DNA of 20,717 nucleotides from Candidatus Brocadiia bacterium (GTDB lineage Bacteria; Planctomycetota; Brocadiia; SM23-32): NCBI GenBank assembly GCA_046538485.1, contig JBKHIT010000074.1, positions 1 to 20,717 of the forward strand, read 5' to 3'. Shown piece by piece: positions 16,372 to 20,717 of this stretch (position 1 is its first letter; each line of letters starts with the position of its first letter). The notes under the pieces were generated by a model. It saw only the letters and a program-made list of their open reading frames with translations, ran no database searches and was not told where the DNA came from. The position numbers and the translations under genes were made by a program.

Positions 16372-16830
16372 ATGCCCACATTGGACTTTTTTTGGATTCT
16401 CGAGAATGAGCTGGCCGGGATGAGCCATCCGGGGATGGTGCAAGGGGCTCTGGCTGAGCTTGAGGACCTCGGAATTGGGGCTATGGTGACCCTTACGTGC
16501 GAAGCTCTTCCGAAAAAACGGGTGCGGGAGCACAATCTGGAATATCTGCATCTGCCGGTTGCTGACTTTTCCCCGCCCACACCGATCCAGGTAAGTGAAT
16601 TCGTTCAGTTTTGCAATGCGCAAATCGATGTGGACAATGCGGTGGTGGTGCATTGCCATGCTGGGCGAGGACGGACCGGAACGATGCTGGCATGTTATCT
16701 CGTTCACCGTGGCGCGGGTCCCAACGAAGCCATTGGCAGGGTGCGTTCGGTCCGGCCGGGAGCAATCGAGACTTTCGAGCAGGAGACGGCTGTTTACGAG
16801 TACGCTGCCGAGGAAGAGGCCAGACCGTGA
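16372..16830 (+). CDS. Dual-specificity / Cys-based protein phosphatase
   Basis: VHCHAGRGRTG (HCx5R), PVADFSPP acid loop, RSVRPGAIETFEQ. GGAGGAG RBS. Confidence 0.93.
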   Translation: MPTLDFFWILENELAGMSHPGMVQGALAELEDLGIGAMVTLTCEALPKKRVREHNLEYLHLPVADFSPPTPIQVSEFVQFCNAQIDVDNAVVVHCHAGRGRTGTMLACYLVHRGAGPNEAIGRVRSVRPGAIETFEQETAVYEYAAEEEARP

Positions 16831-16932
16831 CGGTCCGACGGCGCAGCAAAAAGATGCAGGTGACATAACCGAGGCAAGGGCCTTCAGATTGCCGCCGAAT
16901 CCGAGAGACCTGAGCTTCGGTTTGGGGGCCGC

Positions 16933-18288
16933 TTATTCATCTTCCCGACCGCATTCGGCCAGTTCCCCGCCGCCCGGGCGCTCGTAGCGACGATCGGGAT
17001 CGTAACCGGGGTTGGCTCGCGGCATCTGGGCGGCCACGGATTCCTGCCAGTTGCGGAGCTCGGCCCGCAGCTCTTGCGCTTTCTCGGGTTCTGACTCAGC
17101 CAGATTGTTTTGTTCGCTCAGGTTTTTGTCCAAATCGTAGAGTTCGGTGCGACCGCTTTCAAAGTACTCGATCAGTTTCAAATCGTCCTTCCGGACGGCC
17201 GCGTAGGGGGTGGAGAAATGATAGTGCGGGTAGTGCCAGAAGAGGGATTGGCGCTGAAGTTGCCCTGATTCTGTCAACAGGGGCATCAGGCTCTTTCCAT
17301 CACAGTGTTGTTCGGGCATGGCCGGCAGACCGCACGCCTCCAGCAGTGTCGGGTAGAAATCCGTGCTGATAACGGGTGTGTCGCACGTGGACCCGGGACT
17401 GACACTTCCCGGCCACCGGACGATGAGTGGGACCCGGTGGCCGCCTTCGTAGGCCGAACCTTTTCCATGACGAAGGGGGGCATTGTTCGTCGCCCGTGTC
17501 AGACCACCGTTGTCGGAGAAGAAGACAAAAATCGTGTTGTCGGCAATTTCGAGTTCTTCCAGCTTGTGCATGATCCGTCCGATCGAATCATCGGTATGTT
17601 CGACCATAGCCGCGTAGACTTCGCTGATTTGGCCGTGTTTATCTTTGTTGGCGTATTTTTCGACGACATCGCCCATGGCTTCGAGCGGGGTATGGACGGC
17701 ATAGTGAGCGAGGTACATCAGGAACGGTTCGTCGGCGCTGTCTTCAATCAGATCTATTGCCTCGTCGGTCAACCGGTCCGTGAGGTATTCGTCCTTGGGC
17801 CCGTCTTCAATAGTTTCGATACCGTAGGGACTGAAATAAGTCGGCGGAAGGCCCCGGTGACAGCCGCCGATGTTAACGTCGAAACCATGCGTCTCGGGAT
17901 AGTAGTTGGGACCACCGAGGTGCCATTTACCCGTAAAGAAGGTGTTGTAGCCGGCATCGTTCAGCACGCTTGCGAATGTCGTTTCGTCGTGGGAAAGATA
18001 TTTTGTCCAGTCGGGAACGGAGAATTTGGCCCACGGATGACCATGACCGGCGATGAAATCGGTGAGGTTGAGCCGGGCGGGGTACTTACCGGTCATAATG
18101 CTCGCCCGAGTGGGACTGCAGACGGTGCATGCCGCATACGCGTCGGTGAAACGCATCCCCTGGTCGGCAAGCGTATCGATGTGGGGTGTCTCGTAATACT
18201 GGCTTCCCTGGCAGCCCAGGTCAGTCCAGCCCAGGTCATCAATGAGAACGAAAACGATATTGGGGTGATCTTTGCGTTTCGCGGGCAT
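16933..18288 (-). CDS. Cys-type (formylglycine-dependent) sulfatase
   Basis: PNIVFVLIDDLG, CSPTRASIMTGKYP, GKWHLG, FFSDNGG, YEGGHRVP. ATG 18288 with an AAAGGAG RBS. No signal peptide. Confidence 0.95.
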   Translation of the reverse strand: MPAKRKDHPNIVFVLIDDLGWTDLGCQGSQYYETPHIDTLADQGMRFTDAYAACTVCSPTRASIMTGKYPARLNLTDFIAGHGHPWAKFSVPDWTKYLSHDETTFASVLNDAGYNTFFTGKWHLGGPNYYPETHGFDVNIGGCHRGLPPTYFSPYGIETIEDGPKDEYLTDRLTDEAIDLIEDSADEPFLMYLAHYAVHTPLEAMGDVVEKYANKDKHGQISEVYAAMVEHTDDSIGRIMHKLEELEIADNTIFVFFSDNGGLTRATNNAPLRHGKGSAYEGGHRVPLIVRWPGSVSPGSTCDTPVISTDFYPTLLEACGLPAMPEQHCDGKSLMPLLTESGQLQRQSLFWHYPHYHFSTPYAAVRKDDLKLIEYFESGRTELYDLDKNLSEQNNLAESEPEKAQELRAELRNWQESVAAQMPRANPGYDPDRRYERPGGGELAECGREDE

Positions 18289-18573
18289 CAATTCTCTCCT
18301 TTGATGTTCGTGGTCAACACGGCATTTCGCTATTCGATTTGAAAATTAACTTTTCGTAATGCGGGCGTATTGGCAAATCTGCACCCCGCTATGGCGGGGG
18401 CCGACAGGCGGTCGTAGTGGATCGCTTCAGCGGTTTGTTGTCCAACGAAACGCGTCTTCCGGGCACGGGATAGGATGCGTGAGAATTCCCAGACGGCTTC
18501 GTCGCCAGCGGTTTTCAAACACGAGGGCTATTTCGTTCCCCCCAGATCCCGTCCCCTGACATCAATCGGTCAA

Positions 18574-18617
18574 GTTCTGAGCGGACTGGACTTCAGCCGA
18601 AGGCTGGAGTTCAGAAC
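18574..18617. repeat. Intergenic hairpin between the two sulfatases
   Basis: Outer GTTCTGA...TCAGAAC arms enclosing CTTCAGCC-GAA-GGCTGGAG. Confidence 0.4.
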
Positions 18618-18641
18618 GCGGCCGATATCAGCGGAAGCCAT

Positions 18642-19979
18642 TCAACCCCCAACAGGGTCGCAGGGCGGATAATCTTTTCCGTCGAGTGAATCCTGGACGG
18701 ACTGGCACCATTCTTTGAGTTGGGGGGCCATTTTCTCCACGATATCGGAATTTTCCGCGGCGATATCCCGGGACTCTTCTTTATCTTCAATCAGATCGTA
18801 CAGTTCGTAATTTTCGCCCTCGTTCGGGCTGTAGATCTTGTATCGGTTGTTCGTCAGCGCAAGTTGGTTCTGCGATTGAAATCCGATTGGTCTCGGGCGT
18901 TCGGGGGTTTTGCCTTCGATGATGGGCATGAGACTGATGCCATCGATGGGTTCCGGTTGACTATCCATCGTGAATCCGAGCGTTTCGAGCACCGTGGGGA
19001 AATAATCGGAGGTGCAGCACGGCACGTCGACGGAGTGAGAGTTTGTGATTCGTTCGGGCCAAACGAGCATACCGGGGACCCGGACGCCGCCCTCGTAGAG
19101 GCTGCCTTTCCGTCCGCGGAAGGGACCTGAAATCCCCTGCTGGCGCCCTCCCGGATGCTGCGCGCAACCTCCCCCTTCACCGGCCGGGCCGTTATCCGAA
19201 CAGAACCACAGCATTGTATTGTCGGCGATATCGAGGTTTTCAAGCTCCTGTCGCAGCCGTCCCATCTGTTCGTCCATTCCGCTGATGCAACCGAAATAAT
19301 GTTGTTCTTCCTCGGTGCATTCGCTGTAAAGATCGCGGTGTCGATCGCTGGCTCGGACGGGGCAGTGTGGGGTGTGGAACCAGACAACGGCCAGGAACGG
19401 ACGGTCGGACTCAACGGCTTTTCGGATGAAAGGAATCGCCCGGTCCATGAGGACCCGGGAGTCGTCCCCTTCGAGGTTGTCAGTGGCCCACTCTCCGGGT
19501 CCTGTCCAGTATTTCGTTTCGATTGGTTGTTCGCGCACGGGGTCACAGGTGGGGATGGCCTGTTCGGTGGAGAAACATTCGTCGAAACCGTTATCCCAGG
19601 GAGGCGAGTAATGTTCGTTTTCACGTCCGCCGCGGCGTCCATCGATGATATCTTTTGTAAGCGTGCCAAGGTGCCACTTGCCGAAATGGCCGCAGACATA
19701 CCCCTGTGTCTTAAGTGCTTCTGCAAGCGTAATTTCTTCCGGCGGCATGTGGCCGACATTGGCGAAGAAAATGCCGTAGCGGTAGGGATGTCGTCCGGTC
19801 AGGCAGCTCCCGCGGGTCGGGGAACAGACGGGAGCGGCGGAGTAGAAACGGTCGAACCGAATGCCGCTCTCCGCCATTTCGTCAAGATGAGGCGTCTCCA
19901 GGACGGGGTGACCGTTGTAAGCCACATCCCCCCAACCCTGGTCGTCGGTCATAGCCAGAATGACGTTCGGTTTGTCCAT
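18642..19979 (-). CDS. Cys-type (formylglycine-dependent) sulfatase
   Basis: MDKPNVILAMTDDQGWGD, CSPTRGSCLTGRHP, FGKWHLG, WFCSDNGP, LYEGGVRVP. ATG 19979 with an AGGA RBS. No signal peptide. Confidence 0.95.
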   Translation of the reverse strand: MDKPNVILAMTDDQGWGDVAYNGHPVLETPHLDEMAESGIRFDRFYSAAPVCSPTRGSCLTGRHPYRYGIFFANVGHMPPEEITLAEALKTQGYVCGHFGKWHLGTLTKDIIDGRRGGRENEHYSPPWDNGFDECFSTEQAIPTCDPVREQPIETKYWTGPGEWATDNLEGDDSRVLMDRAIPFIRKAVESDRPFLAVVWFHTPHCPVRASDRHRDLYSECTEEEQHYFGCISGMDEQMGRLRQELENLDIADNTMLWFCSDNGPAGEGGGCAQHPGGRQQGISGPFRGRKGSLYEGGVRVPGMLVWPERITNSHSVDVPCCTSDYFPTVLETLGFTMDSQPEPIDGISLMPIIEGKTPERPRPIGFQSQNQLALTNNRYKIYSPNEGENYELYDLIEDKEESRDIAAENSDIVEKMAPQLKEWCQSVQDSLDGKDYPPCDPVGG

Positions 19980-20399
19980 GACAGTTCCTGTAGATCTTTC
20001 ACTTGTTTGCGCCGATAAGGCTTCCTTTGAAAACAAGCAGAGTCTAAGCTGTGCGCCTGGCCATGTCAAAAACACGGCGGCGAGGGGGGCTTTTGCTCGG
20101 CTTTTTGCGAGTGCTCCGGCGCGCAGACTACAGTTCCTGGATAGCTGCTCGTTGGCGGCTCAACAGCGAGATTGCCGCGGCGGCGATGCCGCCTCGCAAT
20201 GACCGATGGGGCTGAATGGCTCATGGGGGAGCCATTTGCGCTGATTGTAAGTCTTTTGTCAGCCATGGTGAAACGGGAGTCTGAACAACTCTTTACCCCA
20301 AAAACGTGCTCTCAACGGCGCTGAGGACTGTGTTGGATCGCAGCACGCCGATTTTTACCCCGGAACCCCCAACTCCGGCGGCTGACGGCGCCTTCGCAC

Positions 20400-20659
20400 G
20401 GGGCTACACTCTGAGGCACTCTTTCGGAGTGCTGAACGATCCACGTCGGGGCTATCATCCGCGATGAAAAGAGCCCCTGAAAGGGGCGACTGAGAGCGTA
20501 GCCCCCGGCGACCAACGGGAGTCGGGGGGTTGGTGGGATTACGACAATCCCCGCCCCGACGGGGCGGCTGAGCGCGGAAAATGTCAAGCTGCCATTTTGT
20601 TACGCCAGAAACCAGCAACCAGAAACCAGCAACCAGCACCCCGAGCCCCTGAAGGGGCG
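20400..20659. repeat. Cluster of REP-like palindromic units
   Basis: Unit AGCCCCTGAAAGGGGCGACTGAGAGCGTAGCCCC (20472-20505), an inverted variant at 20400-20433, and partial units at 20553-20573 and 20644-20659. Confidence 0.7.
20605..20639 (+). repeat. Heptamer tandem repeat (CCAG[A/C]AA) x5
   Basis: CCAGAAA CCAGCAA CCAGAAA CCAGCAA CCAGCAC. Confidence 0.85.
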
Positions 20660-20717
20660 TACGTGGTATAAATGAAAGTCGGGGCAGAACTGGAGTCGAT
20701 AAGTTCCCCTGCCTCGA

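Noticed and set aside
16150..16866. 238-aa minus-strand ORF
   Set aside because: Antisense to maf and the phosphatase, both well supported; no motifs.
17305..18342. 345-aa plus-strand ORF
   Set aside because: Antisense shadow of a motif-complete sulfatase; no recognisable motifs of its own.
18854..20018. 301-aa minus-strand alternative-frame ORF and 287-aa plus-strand ORF
   Set aside because: They overlap the second sulfatase almost entirely; typical frame and antisense shadows in GC3-rich genes.
20400..20660. CRISPR array
   Set aside because: The repeats are non-identical, in mixed orientation and irregularly spaced, and there are no cas genes.

Overview
Bacterial window, probably PVC superphylum/Planctomycetota. 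This is inferred from gene content: two cytoplasmic Cys-type sulfatases, a DUF1559-like N-methylation protein and a Hanks-type kinase remnant. In order it holds: the 5' end of rdgB (minus strand); a GT4 glycosyltransferase and a stand-alone mreC; a ~3.9 kb debris zone around tRNA-Leu(CAG), containing a prepilin-like gene, a secreted-protein gene broken by an IS3-family fragment, a 5'-truncated gene, a 3'-truncated Ser/Thr kinase and a nested inverted-repeat (MITE-like) element; a secreted alpha/beta hydrolase; a co-oriented cluster of an atypical secretin with a ~300-aa extra C-terminal domain, a lipoprotein, an ABC exporter, a SurA/PrsA foldase, ClpP, a secreted helical-repeat protein, Maf and a dual-specificity phosphatase; two convergent sulfatases; and a REP-like/heptamer repeat cluster. 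The best candidate for an undescribed system is the orphan secretin + lipoprotein + ABC exporter + foldase module, which has no T2SS/T4P ATPase or platform genes in the window. All calls come from reading motifs by eye; no database searches were run.
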